DNA from: Spirochaetia bacterium
Lineage (GTDB): Bacteria > Spirochaetota > Spirochaetia > SZUA-6 > Bin103
Length of the DNA: 64,000 bases
Reading direction: 5' to 3'
Assembly (NCBI GenBank): GCA_965203515.1
Contig: OZ241907.1
Coordinates: 4,071,235-4,135,234 of the forward strand
In this document: positions 34,913-44,483 of the stretch, one piece after another
Layout of the letters: the number at the start of each line of letters is the position of its first letter
How positions within the stretch are numbered: the first letter of the stretch is position 1
Translations under genes and position numbers: made by a program
Notes under the pieces: generated by a model
Databases searched by the model: none
The model's input: only the letters and a program-made list of their open reading frames with translations
What the model was told of the DNA's origin: nothing

Positions 34913-37156
34913 CTAGCCGCGGCCGCGCGCCCACTCCAGATAGCGCGCGGTGAGCTCCATGCCGCGCTCCAGGCCGAACTCGGGTTCGTAGCCAAGCAGC
35001 CGGCGCGCCTTGTCGATCCGCACCGGACAGCGGGCCGCGTACAGCTCCAGCAACCTCTTCGGCGGCAGGAATTCGCCGCTCGCGGCCGAGTTCCCGGCGG
35101 CTGCGGCCGGCCCCCGGTAGAGGCGTTTGACCGCGGCCTTGCCGCGCTCGCCCAGGCGCCGGTAGACGGCCCGCTGAAGAGCGTTGCGCAACGGGCGCAG
35201 CGGCCGGCAGCCGAGCACGCGTTGCGGCGTGGGAAGGTTCGACAGCCGGTCCGCGCGGCGGTTGCGGCGCTCTATCTCCCGGTATGCCAGCAGGCGGACG
35301 GCGCCGCTCCGGTTCAGCGCTCGCTGGCAGGCGCAATAGAAGTCGAACCACGTCGGGTGCTCGGGACCGGAGATGAGGAACGATTCGCCGGCCGCCTCGC
35401 CGCGCTGCGCGGCAAGGAGGAGCGCCCGGACCACGTCGTCGACGTAGACGGCATTGCAGATCCCGTCGCCGGGCGCCGGCAACACCACCGCGCCGGCGGC
35501 CAGCAGAGCGGCCGGGCGGTCCGTCCAGTGTTCGCTGAATGGGCCGTAGACGATGGTCGGTTGCATGATCGCCGCGTCGAGGCCGTGCTCCCGGATCATG
35601 CGCGTGAGCTCACGCTGCGCCGTGAACTTGTCGTTGCCGGATTGGCGGCCGATCGGGCTCGCTTCCGTCAACGGGCCGTCCGGCAACGGTTCGTAGACCG
35701 ACAGGGAGCTGACGTGCACCAGCCGGCGCACCCCGGCCCGCAGGCAAGCTTCGGCGAGCGCCCGGACCCCGGCGGCGTTGGCGTGCGGCGCGCGGCTGTC
35801 CCGCGCCAGGTGAAACACCGTATCGCAGCCCTCCACCAGGCGGTCGACCGCGCCGGCGGGGCCGTCCGGCCGCGCCATGTCGAAGCGGCGCAGCTCGACC
35901 GCGGCGGGCGCCAGGCGCGCCACGCGGGCGGCGTGCCGGAAGGTGCGCAGCGCGGCCCGCACGCACGCCCCCTGCTCGCGGACCAGTCGTTCGACCAGCC
36001 GCCCGCCGATGAAGCCGCTCGCCCCGGTGACCAGCACCCGCCGGCCCCGCAACGGGCCGCCGTCACGCGCCGCGCGGCCACTGCCGGTCCACGCCCGGCG
36101 CAACGGCCGGCGGTTGCGGTAGGCAGCGTCGATGATGGCGACCGCGGGCGCGGCCGAGGCGCCGCTGACGAACGGTTCGCGGCCGCTGCGGAGCGAGCGC
36201 AGCCAGTCCGCCAGTTCCCGCTGGAACATCTCCTCGTGCAGGCGTTCCTCGGGCAGCGCCGCGCCGCTACGTCCGTCGAGCTCGAATGCGGTCAGGCGGT
36301 CGGGGCGGGCGGCGACGATGGCGTTGCGGTGCAGCGCCACCTCGATTTGCCCGCGGCTGCCGGTGACGATCGCCGTGTTGCGGAGCGTGCGCGAGCGGCT
36401 CAATTCCACGCGGCCCACCGCGCCGTTGCGCAGCTCCAGTTCGAGCAGCGCCTCGCACTCGACGCCGCCCAGCGAATCGTCGCGGTAGCTGACGAGCCGC
36501 GCCTCGCCGAGCCACCAGAGGAGCGTATCGAGCGTGTGGGAGCCGGTGTCCAGCAGCACGCCGCCGCCGGCCGACTCCGCGTCCCACAGCGCCGGCGAGT
36601 ACAGACCGGTCCCGGCGGCAGCCCGGACCGCCGCCAGGCGGCCGCGGGTCGGCCGGTGGTAGTTCTCCCCCTCCCGGACGTCGAAGCCGGTGATGGCGCC
36701 CAGCTCGCCGCTGTCGAGCAGCGCCTTGACCCAGCGGTTGACGAACATGAAGCGGCGCATGTGACCGACCGCCAGCCCGACCGAGTTGGCCGCCGCGGTG
36801 CTCACCATCGCCTCGGCATCCTCCCGCGAGGCCGCCAGCGGCTTCTCGACGAACACGTGGACGGCTCGGTCGAGCAGCGGCAGGGTGACGCGCGCGTGCG
36901 ACGCCGCGTTGGTGGCTACCAGCGCCGCCTCGACTTCGCCCGCCTGCAGCTCGGCTACGTCTGTGGCCACGCGCTGCGCGCGGCAGCGCCGGGCCAGCTC
37001 CGCCGCGCGGTCCGCCCGGGGGTCGACCAGCACGTGCGGCCGCCAGCCGAGCTGCGCCAGCGCCGGCAGATGGCGCTCGCCGGCGACGCCGCCGCAGCCG
37101 ATGACCGCCAAGCGGGGAAAATGCCGGCGGCGCGGTCTCCGCTCGAAAGCCCGCAT
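34913..37156 (-). CDS. Fusion of Gfo/Idh/MocA oxidoreductase and NAD-dependent epimerase/dehydratase
   Basis: GCGGVA, VEKP, GGVLLDTGSH in the N-half; VLVTGASGFIG, VSSLSVY, YGP, YVDDV in the C-half. Confidence 0.88.
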   Translation of the reverse strand: MRAFERRPRRRHFPRLAVIGCGGVAGERHLPALAQLGWRPHVLVDPRADRAAELARRCRAQRVATDVAELQAGEVEAALVATNAASHARVTLPLLDRAVHVFVEKPLAASREDAEAMVSTAAANSVGLAVGHMRRFMFVNRWVKALLDSGELGAITGFDVREGENYHRPTRGRLAAVRAAAGTGLYSPALWDAESAGGGVLLDTGSHTLDTLLWWLGEARLVSYRDDSLGGVECEALLELELRNGAVGRVELSRSRTLRNTAIVTGSRGQIEVALHRNAIVAARPDRLTAFELDGRSGAALPEERLHEEMFQRELADWLRSLRSGREPFVSGASAAPAVAIIDAAYRNRRPLRRAWTGSGRAARDGGPLRGRRVLVTGASGFIGGRLVERLVREQGACVRAALRTFRHAARVARLAPAAVELRRFDMARPDGPAGAVDRLVEGCDTVFHLARDSRAPHANAAGVRALAEACLRAGVRRLVHVSSLSVYEPLPDGPLTEASPIGRQSGNDKFTAQRELTRMIREHGLDAAIMQPTIVYGPFSEHWTDRPAALLAAGAVVLPAPGDGICNAVYVDDVVRALLLAAQRGEAAGESFLISGPEHPTWFDFYCACQRALNRSGAVRLLAYREIERRNRRADRLSNLPTPQRVLGCRPLRPLRNALQRAVYRRLGERGKAAVKRLYRGPAAAAGNSAASGEFLPPKRLLELYAARCPVRIDKARRLLGYEPEFGLERGMELTARYLEWARGRG

Positions 37157-37241
37157 ACGCTCACGCGTATCTTAGCCGATTCGTCCCGGATCAGACCGGC
37201 GTGATCACCACCGGTCGGAACCGGTGCCCGCGCTGGGCGAA

Positions 37242-37375
37242 GCGCTCTCATGTTGGGCGGAGGCGACGCCGCGGCCGCTGGTGCTGTTGATCGACGAGAT
37301 CGACACGCTGAGGAGCGCGTGCGGCGGGTGATCGAGCCGATGCTGAGCAGCGCCGGTCGACGTCTGGGCATGTGA
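37242..37375 (+). pseudogene. Collapsed remnant of an FNTAGP-family AAA gene (three joined pieces)
   Basis: Pieces match WAxAxPRPLVLLIDEIDTL, EERVRRVIEPML and the PVDVWGM* end of 32191-33747. Confidence 0.85.
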
Positions 37376-37437
37376 TCGCGGACTCGTTACGCCTGCCGGC
37401 AAAAGGTCCGACGTGCCCGCTCCGACCGGACGGCGGA

Positions 37438-38277
37438 TCAGAACGGCCGGACAGCCTGTCCCATGGCCCACGGATCGATGCGGGTCAGACTGACGCATCC
37501 GCCGGCGAGCACGTCGACGTCGATGTCGATGGTATCGCCGCCGCGGCTGCGAATCGCGACAGCGCCCACGTGGCGCAGCGTATCGCCCCGCCGCTCGAAA
37601 CAGGAGCCGTAGCGCCCCCGTTCGAGCGCGCAGGGCACCAGCCGCCAATCGGATGCCAGCCGCGCCGGGAAGTTCACGCTCCAGGTGACGGGGCGGGCGG
37701 CTTCCCGTTCCGTGGACCCGAGGCCGGAAGCGATGTCCGGAGGACCGAGGGCCGGCAGAAGGTCGGCAAGCAGCGCCGGCAGCAGGCGGTCGAGCCTCGC
37801 GGCCGCCTCTCCCAGCTCGGTGCCCGGCGCGGCCGGCGCACGCGCGGCCCAGCTCGCAAATCCCGCCGGAGTGAGCTGTTGCGAGAGGGCGATGGCCGGG
37901 ACCAGCGCGATGTTGGCTTCCAGGCAAGCGCCGATCGTGCCGGAGGACGAGGCGTAGGAGACGCCGGTGTTCTCACCTGCGTTCACGCCGGACAGCACCA
38001 GATCGGGCGGACCGGGGCCGAGCAGGTAGCAGCCGGCGTTGACGCAGTCGGCCGGCGTGCCGCCCAGGGTGAAGCCGGTCACGGCGTTGCCGTCGCCGTC
38101 CTGCAGGTCGCGGCGGACCAGCGGCAGGTCGGCGTAGCGCGTCATCGCCTTTGCGGTCCAGCTCCGTTCCCGATCGGGCAAGACCACCGTGACCGACCCC
38201 AGCGACGCGGCTGCCCTGACCAGCGGGGCGACGAACGGCGACTCCGGTCCGTCGTCGTTGGTTACCAGAATACGCAT
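37438..38277 (-). CDS. surE: 5'/3'-nucleotidase SurE
   Basis: MRILVTNDDG, GTPADCV, DLVLSGVNAGEN, SSGT. Confidence 0.93.
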   Translation of the reverse strand: MRILVTNDDGPESPFVAPLVRAAASLGSVTVVLPDRERSWTAKAMTRYADLPLVRRDLQDGDGNAVTGFTLGGTPADCVNAGCYLLGPGPPDLVLSGVNAGENTGVSYASSSGTIGACLEANIALVPAIALSQQLTPAGFASWAARAPAAPGTELGEAAARLDRLLPALLADLLPALGPPDIASGLGSTEREAARPVTWSVNFPARLASDWRLVPCALERGRYGSCFERRGDTLRHVGAVAIRSRGGDTIDIDVDVLAGGCVSLTRIDPWAMGQAVRPF

Positions 38278-38301
38278 GCCGTCGTGATTCCGTGCGCCCG
38301 G

Positions 38302-41121
38302 TCAGCGGCCGTGACAGAACTTGAACTTCTTGCCGCTGCCGCAGTAGCACGGATCGTTGCGGCCGAGCTTCGGAGCCGCCTGCGGCGCCTGCGGCACCGG
38401 CGCCGCAGGTCCGGCGCCGGCAGGTGCGGCGGCCGCGATGGGGCTGACCGGGGCAGCGCGACGGACGGGCGGCCGCCCGTCCGTCGCGGCCGACGCCGCG
38501 GCGCCGTCGCCCTGCTGCTGCATCGCGGCGAACTGGCCCAACTCGCGGTGTACGGTCGCCACGCCCTGCGGCCTGCGCGCCGCGTGGCGGGCGCCGGCCG
38601 GCCCGTCGCCCACCCGGATCGTCACGCGGAAGCTCTTCTCCGCGACCGCGTTGCGAATGCCGGCCAGCATCTCATCGAAGATCTGGAAGCCTTCCAGCTT
38701 GTACTCCAGCAGTGGATTCTTCTGGCTGTAGGTGCGCAGGTATACCGCGTCGCGCAGCGCGTCGAGGTTCTCCAGGTGATCCTGCCAGCGAGCGTCGATC
38801 AGGCGCAGGTATTCGTAGCGGATGAACAGGTTGAAGTTGGCCGTGCCGACCATCTCCGCCTTTTCGACCAGATGGCGGCGCATCGCCTCCACCAGCAGAT
38901 CGCGCGCCGTCCCGCCGCGCAGATCGGCCAATGCCGCGTCCCCGTCCGGCAGGATGAAACCGAACCGGGAACGCAACGTCGACAGCGTGCCCGGAGCGGA
39001 ATAGTCGGCGTCGCCGGTCAGGTCCTCGACCGCATCCACGGCGGTCTCCAGGACCCGCTGCAGCAGGTCCTGGTCCGTCATGATTTCATCGCGCTTGCCG
39101 TAGATGTACTTGCGCTGCTCGTTGAGCACGTTGTCGAAATCCAGCAGGTGCTTGCGCAGCTCGAAGTTGCGTTCCTCCACGCGCTTTTGTGCGCGGGCGA
39201 TCGACTTGTTCAGCCAGGGATGGGCGAGCGGTTCGCCGTCCTTCATGCCGACCTTCGACATCATGGCGCGCAGGTTCTCGCCGAACAGCCGCATCAGGTC
39301 GTCGTCGAGCGAGATGTAGAAGCGGGACGATCCGGGATCGCCCTGGCGGCCGGAGCGACCGCGCAGCTGGTTGTCGATGCGGCGCGACTCGTGGCGTTCG
39401 GTGCCCAGCACGTGCAGCCCGCCCGCTCGGCGTACCGTGTCGTATCGGGCGCGCCAAGCGTCGAGCTCGTGCTCGTAGATCGACCTGAACCGCTCCTCCT
39501 CGCTGCCGTTGCCGCCGCCGGCGCTCGTCTCGCCGGCGGCATGGCGCCGGCGTGCCGCGTACTCGGGATTGCCGCCCAGCTTGATGTCGGTGCCGCGGCC
39601 GGCCATGTTGGTGGCGATCGTCACCCCACCGGCGGCTCCCGCCTGCGCGATGATCAACGCCTCGCGCGCGTGCGCCTTGGCGTTGAGCACTTCGTGATCG
39701 ACCCCGCGGCTGCGCAGCAGCTTGGAAAGCTGCTCCGACTTCTCTATGGAGACGGTGCCGACCAGCACCGGCTGGCCGGCCTGCTGGCAGGCGGCCAGCT
39801 CGTCGCAGATCGCCGCCAGCTTGTCCTGCTCATTGAGGAAGATCACGTCGTCGTGATCGGCCCGTACCAACGGGCGATTGGTGGGTATGACCACCACGTC
39901 CATGCCGTAGATGCGGCTGAATTCGGTCGCCTCGGTATCGGCGGTACCGGTCATGCCGGCCAGCTTGTCGTACAGCTTGAAGTAGTTCTGGAAGGAAATC
40001 GATGCGAGGGTCCGGTTGCGCCGCAGGATCGGGATGCGTTCCTTCGCCTCGATCGCCTGATGCAGGCCATCGGAATAGCGGCGACCGTGCAGTATGCGTC
40101 CGGTGAACTCGTCGACGATCTGCACGGTTCCGTCTTCGACCACGTAGTCGACATCGCGCTGGAACAGCCGATGGGCGCGTAGCGCCTGCGTCAGGTAGTG
40201 GATGAACTCGAAGTTCTCGTCCTCGACCAGCGAGCCGCGCATCAGGCGTTTGCTGCGCAGCAACCGTTCCGCGTTCGCCAACCCCTCATCGGTGAACGAG
40301 ACGCGCTTTCCTTTCTCGTCGATCTTGTAGTCGCCGCTCGGCTCCTCCGGATAATCGCCGGTTTCCGGGTCCTTGGCGCACTCCCGCAACGCGCCGACCA
40401 GCCGGTCGACCTGCGCGAACCTCTGGGTATCGTCTTCTGCCGCTCCGGAGATGATCAGGGGCGTTCGCGCCTCGTCGATCAGGATCGAATCGATCTCGTC
40501 GACGATGCAGTACCGGTGACTGCGCTGCACGCGGGCCTCGGCGTCCCAGCGCATGTTGTCGCGCAGATAATCGAAGCCCAGCTCGTTGTTGGTGCCGTAG
40601 GTGATGTCGCAGGCATAGGCCCCCTTGCGTTCGTGCATCTCCATGCGGGACAGAACCATTCCCACGCTCAGGCCGAGGTAGCGGTGCACGCGGCCCATCC
40701 ATTCAGCGTCGCGCTCGGCCAGATAGTCGTTGACCGTGACGATGTGCACGCCGTCGCCGGCGAGCGCGTTGAGATAGGCGGCCGGCACGCTGGCCAGGGT
40801 CTTGCCCTCCCCGGTCTTCATCTCGACGATGGCGCCGCGGTCCAGGATGATTCCACCCATGAGCTGGACGTCGAAGATGCGCTCGCCGAGCTGCCGGCGC
40901 GCCGCCTCGCGCGCCAGCGCGAACGCCTCCGGAAGCAGGCGTTCGCGCGATTCTCCGGAGCGGAGCCGCGCCCGCAGCTTGTCGGTCGATGCCGGGAAGT
41001 CGGCGTCGGAAAGTGCGACCATCCGCGACTCCAGCTCGTTGATCCGGTTCACCAGCGGAACCAGGGCCTTCAGGTCGCGGTTGGACTTCGAGCCGAGTAC
41101 GCGGGATACGAAACCCCGCAT
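38302..41121 (-). CDS. secA: Preprotein translocase subunit SecA
   Basis: EMKTGEGKT, VDEIDSILIDEARTPLIISG, ATNMAGRGTDI, QLRGRSGRQGDPG, SEC-C motif GRNDPCYCGSGKKFKFCHG. Confidence 0.98.
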   Translation of the reverse strand: MRGFVSRVLGSKSNRDLKALVPLVNRINELESRMVALSDADFPASTDKLRARLRSGESRERLLPEAFALAREAARRQLGERIFDVQLMGGIILDRGAIVEMKTGEGKTLASVPAAYLNALAGDGVHIVTVNDYLAERDAEWMGRVHRYLGLSVGMVLSRMEMHERKGAYACDITYGTNNELGFDYLRDNMRWDAEARVQRSHRYCIVDEIDSILIDEARTPLIISGAAEDDTQRFAQVDRLVGALRECAKDPETGDYPEEPSGDYKIDEKGKRVSFTDEGLANAERLLRSKRLMRGSLVEDENFEFIHYLTQALRAHRLFQRDVDYVVEDGTVQIVDEFTGRILHGRRYSDGLHQAIEAKERIPILRRNRTLASISFQNYFKLYDKLAGMTGTADTEATEFSRIYGMDVVVIPTNRPLVRADHDDVIFLNEQDKLAAICDELAACQQAGQPVLVGTVSIEKSEQLSKLLRSRGVDHEVLNAKAHAREALIIAQAGAAGGVTIATNMAGRGTDIKLGGNPEYAARRRHAAGETSAGGGNGSEEERFRSIYEHELDAWRARYDTVRRAGGLHVLGTERHESRRIDNQLRGRSGRQGDPGSSRFYISLDDDLMRLFGENLRAMMSKVGMKDGEPLAHPWLNKSIARAQKRVEERNFELRKHLLDFDNVLNEQRKYIYGKRDEIMTDQDLLQRVLETAVDAVEDLTGDADYSAPGTLSTLRSRFGFILPDGDAALADLRGGTARDLLVEAMRRHLVEKAEMVGTANFNLFIRYEYLRLIDARWQDHLENLDALRDAVYLRTYSQKNPLLEYKLEGFQIFDEMLAGIRNAVAEKSFRVTIRVGDGPAGARHAARRPQGVATVHRELGQFAAMQQQGDGAAASAATDGRPPVRRAAPVSPIAAAAPAGAGPAAPVPQAPQAAPKLGRNDPCYCGSGKKFKFCHGR

Positions 41122-41188
41122 ACCGCAAGTGTATCGACGGTCGCGAACCGGGGTCAAGAAGAAGCGGGTCGCCGGCCGGGCGGGCGGC

Positions 41189-42304
41189 ATGCTCGCGGCC
41201 GCCCTGGCCGCGGCGGCGACCGCCGTGGGGTGCGCGGACCGCGCGCCGCACGTGGAGCGCCAGCAGCTCTTCAGCCTGCCGGCCGGGCCGTTGGAGGACC
41301 AGGTGCGGATCGCGCCCGGCTACGAGCAGGGCGGCGTCCGCCTCTATCTGAGCGGCGGTCTGTTGCACGTCGTGAACGTCCCGGCGCGCAAGGTGATGCG
41401 GTTCTCCCCGTTCGGCGACCTGCTGCTGCTGCTCTACCATCCGCGGTTCAACCCGACGCCGGTCGGCTTGGCCGAGGCGGTGCCCGACACCGTATCGACC
41501 CGCCGCGCGCGCAGTCTCCCGCTGGGTCCGCTGGGGCACGTGGCGGCCGACTCGCAGGGGACGATCTACGTACAGGAACAGCTCGCCCCCGACGCCTGGG
41601 AGGCCGACGACCCGGTGACGCGCAGCCACGTGATCCGCCGCTTCGACCGCACCGGCGGCGATCGAGGCTACCTGGGCCGCGAGGGCGTGAGCGGTACCCC
41701 GTTCGGGTTCGTGCAGCGCTTGGCGGTCACCGAGCGCGATGAGGTGCTGGTGGTCACCCGCGATGCCGAAACGTGGCAGGCATACTGGTTCGACGCGCAG
41801 GGGCTGCTGCAGTTTCGGCGCCGGCTGGCGGCCGCCGATCTCGGCGGTGCGGACGGACCGGCAGCGGTCGAGATCGTGGCCGTGGTCGCCGACCCCATCG
41901 GTTCGCCGCGTCTTCTGGTCGAGGCGGCGGCCCGGCCTGACGGACACTCCGCCATCTGGCGGGTGAGCGGCGATGCCGCCCCGGTCCGCGTGTTCGCGGC
42001 GCCGCGCTCGCAGCACGCGCCGTTCCGTCTGCTCGGCAGCGGCGGCGGCCGGCTGTTCTTCGTGTCGCTGGCCGCGCCGAACCGCGTGTTGCTCGCCATC
42101 ACCGGCCGGCAGGGCCGTTCTCTGGCGCAGATCGAGCTATCGCTGCAAGATGCGGCTCCGCAGTTGGCGGAATTGCAGGTCTCGAGGTTTCAGTTCTCGG
42201 AGTTGCAAGTGACGGTCGATGGCGTACTGTACGGTGCCCGAATCGGGCCGGAACGCGTGGATTTCTTCTGGTGGAGAACCGACCTGTTGATGCAATGGCG
42301 CTGA
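41189..42304 (+). CDS. Putative lipoprotein, beta-propeller-like
   Basis: Hydrophobic N-terminus ending in AVGC; GDLL, YLGREGVSGTPF; overlaps the nnr start. Start codon uncertain. Confidence 0.6.
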   Translation: MLAAALAAAATAVGCADRAPHVERQQLFSLPAGPLEDQVRIAPGYEQGGVRLYLSGGLLHVVNVPARKVMRFSPFGDLLLLLYHPRFNPTPVGLAEAVPDTVSTRRARSLPLGPLGHVAADSQGTIYVQEQLAPDAWEADDPVTRSHVIRRFDRTGGDRGYLGREGVSGTPFGFVQRLAVTERDEVLVVTRDAETWQAYWFDAQGLLQFRRRLAAADLGGADGPAAVEIVAVVADPIGSPRLLVEAAARPDGHSAIWRVSGDAAPVRVFAAPRSQHAPFRLLGSGGGRLFFVSLAAPNRVLLAITGRQGRSLAQIELSLQDAAPQLAELQVSRFQFSELQVTVDGVLYGARIGPERVDFFWWRTDLLMQWR

Positions 42305-43857
42305 GCGCCGCGGAGATCGGCATGCTCCGGCTGGTCGATTCCGTGCAGATGGCGGCGATCGACCGCGCCGCAACGGAGCGCTTCGGCATCCCGTCACCGA
42401 TCCTGATGGAGAACGCCGGTATCAAGGCGCTGGACGCGATGCAGCGGCGTATCTGGCGCCGGCCGGGGCCGGAGGAGCCGGTCACGGTCGTGGCGGGCCG
42501 CGGCAACAACGGCGGCGACGCGCTGGTGATCGCCCGCCAGTTGCACGCAGCCGGCGCGCAGCAGCTCACGGTGCTCCTGAGCCACGGCGAACCGGAGGAG
42601 GGCGGCCAGTGCGCGGCCAATCTGGCCATCTGCCGGGCGCTTGGCATCCCCGTGCTGAGCCGGCCGGAGCCGGACGCCGCGGAGCGCGCACTGGAGTGCG
42701 GATGGGTCATCGACGGCATGGCCGGCACCGGCCTGCGCGGAGCGCTGCGCGGCCCGGCGGCGGCGCTGGCGGAGCGCATCGCCCGCGGCCCCGCGCGGGT
42801 CATCGCCATCGACGCGCCGAGCGGCGTCGGCGACCGCTTCGCGGCCGGCATGCCGACTGTCCGCGCCGACTGGACGTTGGCGTTGGAGCTTCCCAAGCGG
42901 GCGCTCTACCTGCCGGCCGCGCGGCCGGCGTGCGGCAGCATCATCGTGGTGCCGATCGGCTTTCCCGCCGCGCTCACCGGCGCGGACGGCGCCGCGGCGC
43001 GGCTGCTCGGCCCGGCGGCGCTGCCGTCGCTGCTGCCGGCCGTGCCGCCTGACGCGCACAAGGGGACGCGCGGTCACGTGGCGGTGCTGGCCGGCTCGGC
43101 CGGCACGGCGGGTGCCGCACGCTTGGCCGCGACCGCCGCGGCGAGCGGCCGCGCGGGTCTGGTGACGTTGCATGCCGACGCCGACACGTATCCGCTGCAG
43201 GCGGCGGCGCTGACGTCGGTCATGGTCGCTCCGTGGTCGGAGGCCGCCGATCCCGCTGCGCTCGCCGCGCGCTTCGACAGCCTGGTGGTCGGTCCGGGGT
43301 GGGGCACCGGTCCGGCCCGCGCGGAGTGGCTGGAGCGGCTGCTGGCCGTATCGGCGTGCGGCGTGCTCGACGCCGACGCGCTCACGCTGCTCGGCCGGGC
43401 GCCCGACCGCGTGCGGCCGCTCGCCGGCCGCTGGGTGCTGACGCCCCATCCGGGCGAGTTGGCGCGCCTGCTCGACCGCACCGCTGCCGAGGTGCTGGCC
43501 GACCCGGCCGCCGCGGCGGCCGAGGCGGCGGCGCGATTCGGCGCGGTCGTGGTGCTGAAGGGCCACGTGACCTGCGTCGCCGCCCCTGACGCGCATGAGA
43601 ACCGGAGCGATCGCGCCGCGCCGCCGCTCAGCGTCGTGGACGGCATGCAACCGTGGCTGGCCACCGGCGGCGCCGGCGACGTGCTGGCCGGGGTGATCGG
43701 CGCCCTGCTGGCCGGCCGCCGGCTCGGCCCGTACCACGCGGCCTGCGCCGGGGTGTTGATCCACGCCGCGGCGGCGCGCCGGTGTCACGCCGAGCGGGGC
43801 TGGTTTCTGGCGGAGGACTTGCCGGCACGGGTGTCGCGCGTGGTCGCCGCCCCTTGA
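42295..43857 (+). CDS. nnr: Bifunctional NAD(P)H-hydrate epimerase/dehydratase
   Basis: LMENAG, GNNGGD, DAPSG, HKGTRG, GPG, DADAL, LTPHPGE, ATGGAGDVLAG. Confidence 0.95.
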   Translation: MALSAAEIGMLRLVDSVQMAAIDRAATERFGIPSPILMENAGIKALDAMQRRIWRRPGPEEPVTVVAGRGNNGGDALVIARQLHAAGAQQLTVLLSHGEPEEGGQCAANLAICRALGIPVLSRPEPDAAERALECGWVIDGMAGTGLRGALRGPAAALAERIARGPARVIAIDAPSGVGDRFAAGMPTVRADWTLALELPKRALYLPAARPACGSIIVVPIGFPAALTGADGAAARLLGPAALPSLLPAVPPDAHKGTRGHVAVLAGSAGTAGAARLAATAAASGRAGLVTLHADADTYPLQAAALTSVMVAPWSEAADPAALAARFDSLVVGPGWGTGPARAEWLERLLAVSACGVLDADALTLLGRAPDRVRPLAGRWVLTPHPGELARLLDRTAAEVLADPAAAAAEAAARFGAVVVLKGHVTCVAAPDAHENRSDRAAPPLSVVDGMQPWLATGGAGDVLAGVIGALLAGRRLGPYHAACAGVLIHAAAARRCHAERGWFLAEDLPARVSRVVAAP

Positions 43858-43874
43858 TCGCCGCGTACGGCCGG

Positions 43875-44111
43875 CTACGCGACGCCCTCGCGCGGCGCTT
43901 CCGACGGCTGGTTGCGGACGCTCGGAACCAGCCCTTCGATGATCCCCTCGACCTTCGACACCCGCTCGGTGACCTTCATGAAGCCGCTCACCATCTCGCC
44001 TCGGAGCCCGCTGACCGCGCCTTCAAGCTTGTCGTCGCGCTCCTTCATGTCGTCCCGGAGCCCATGGATCGCGTCTTCGAGCCGGCCTGCGCTCGCTGTC
44101 CCACGTCCCAC
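43875..44111 (-). CDS. Small coiled-coil hypothetical protein (possibly a remnant)
   Basis: Heptad-like LEDAIHGLRDDM...LEGAVSGLRGEM...ERVSKVEG. Confidence 0.4.
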   Translation of the reverse strand: MGRGTASAGRLEDAIHGLRDDMKERDDKLEGAVSGLRGEMVSGFMKVTERVSKVEGIIEGLVPSVRNQPSEAPREGVA

Positions 44112-44483
44112 AGACGCCCGTTTACCACCATAAACGGATCGCGCTACGCTGCCGCTTCAATTGCAGGCGCAGCATAGCATCAGTCGTGGCGGCGATCGGC
44201 GCAATCCCACGCGCCCACGCCTGGACGACCTGCTCCGGCAACCGGAAGTGACCGCCGGGAGATCGAGTGCGGTCGGGCCGGCGCGGCTTGGTATGGAGCC
44301 AGTCGCCGAGGAAGGCCGAGAACACCCGTTTCCATCGACTCCCATAGTACAAACAACGCGTTGTTTCCGCATCATCCGTGCCCAAGCACACAACAACGCA
44401 CGTCTACGATGACCTCGCCGTCGGCGGCGTTGAGCACGGCACTGGCCAAGCTGCCTGCGTCTGCCTTACCGGCGTTGTGGTCG

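Noticed and set aside
44122..44480. Short ORFs between the coiled-coil ORF and Fic
   Set aside because: No recognisable motifs or consistent coding signal.
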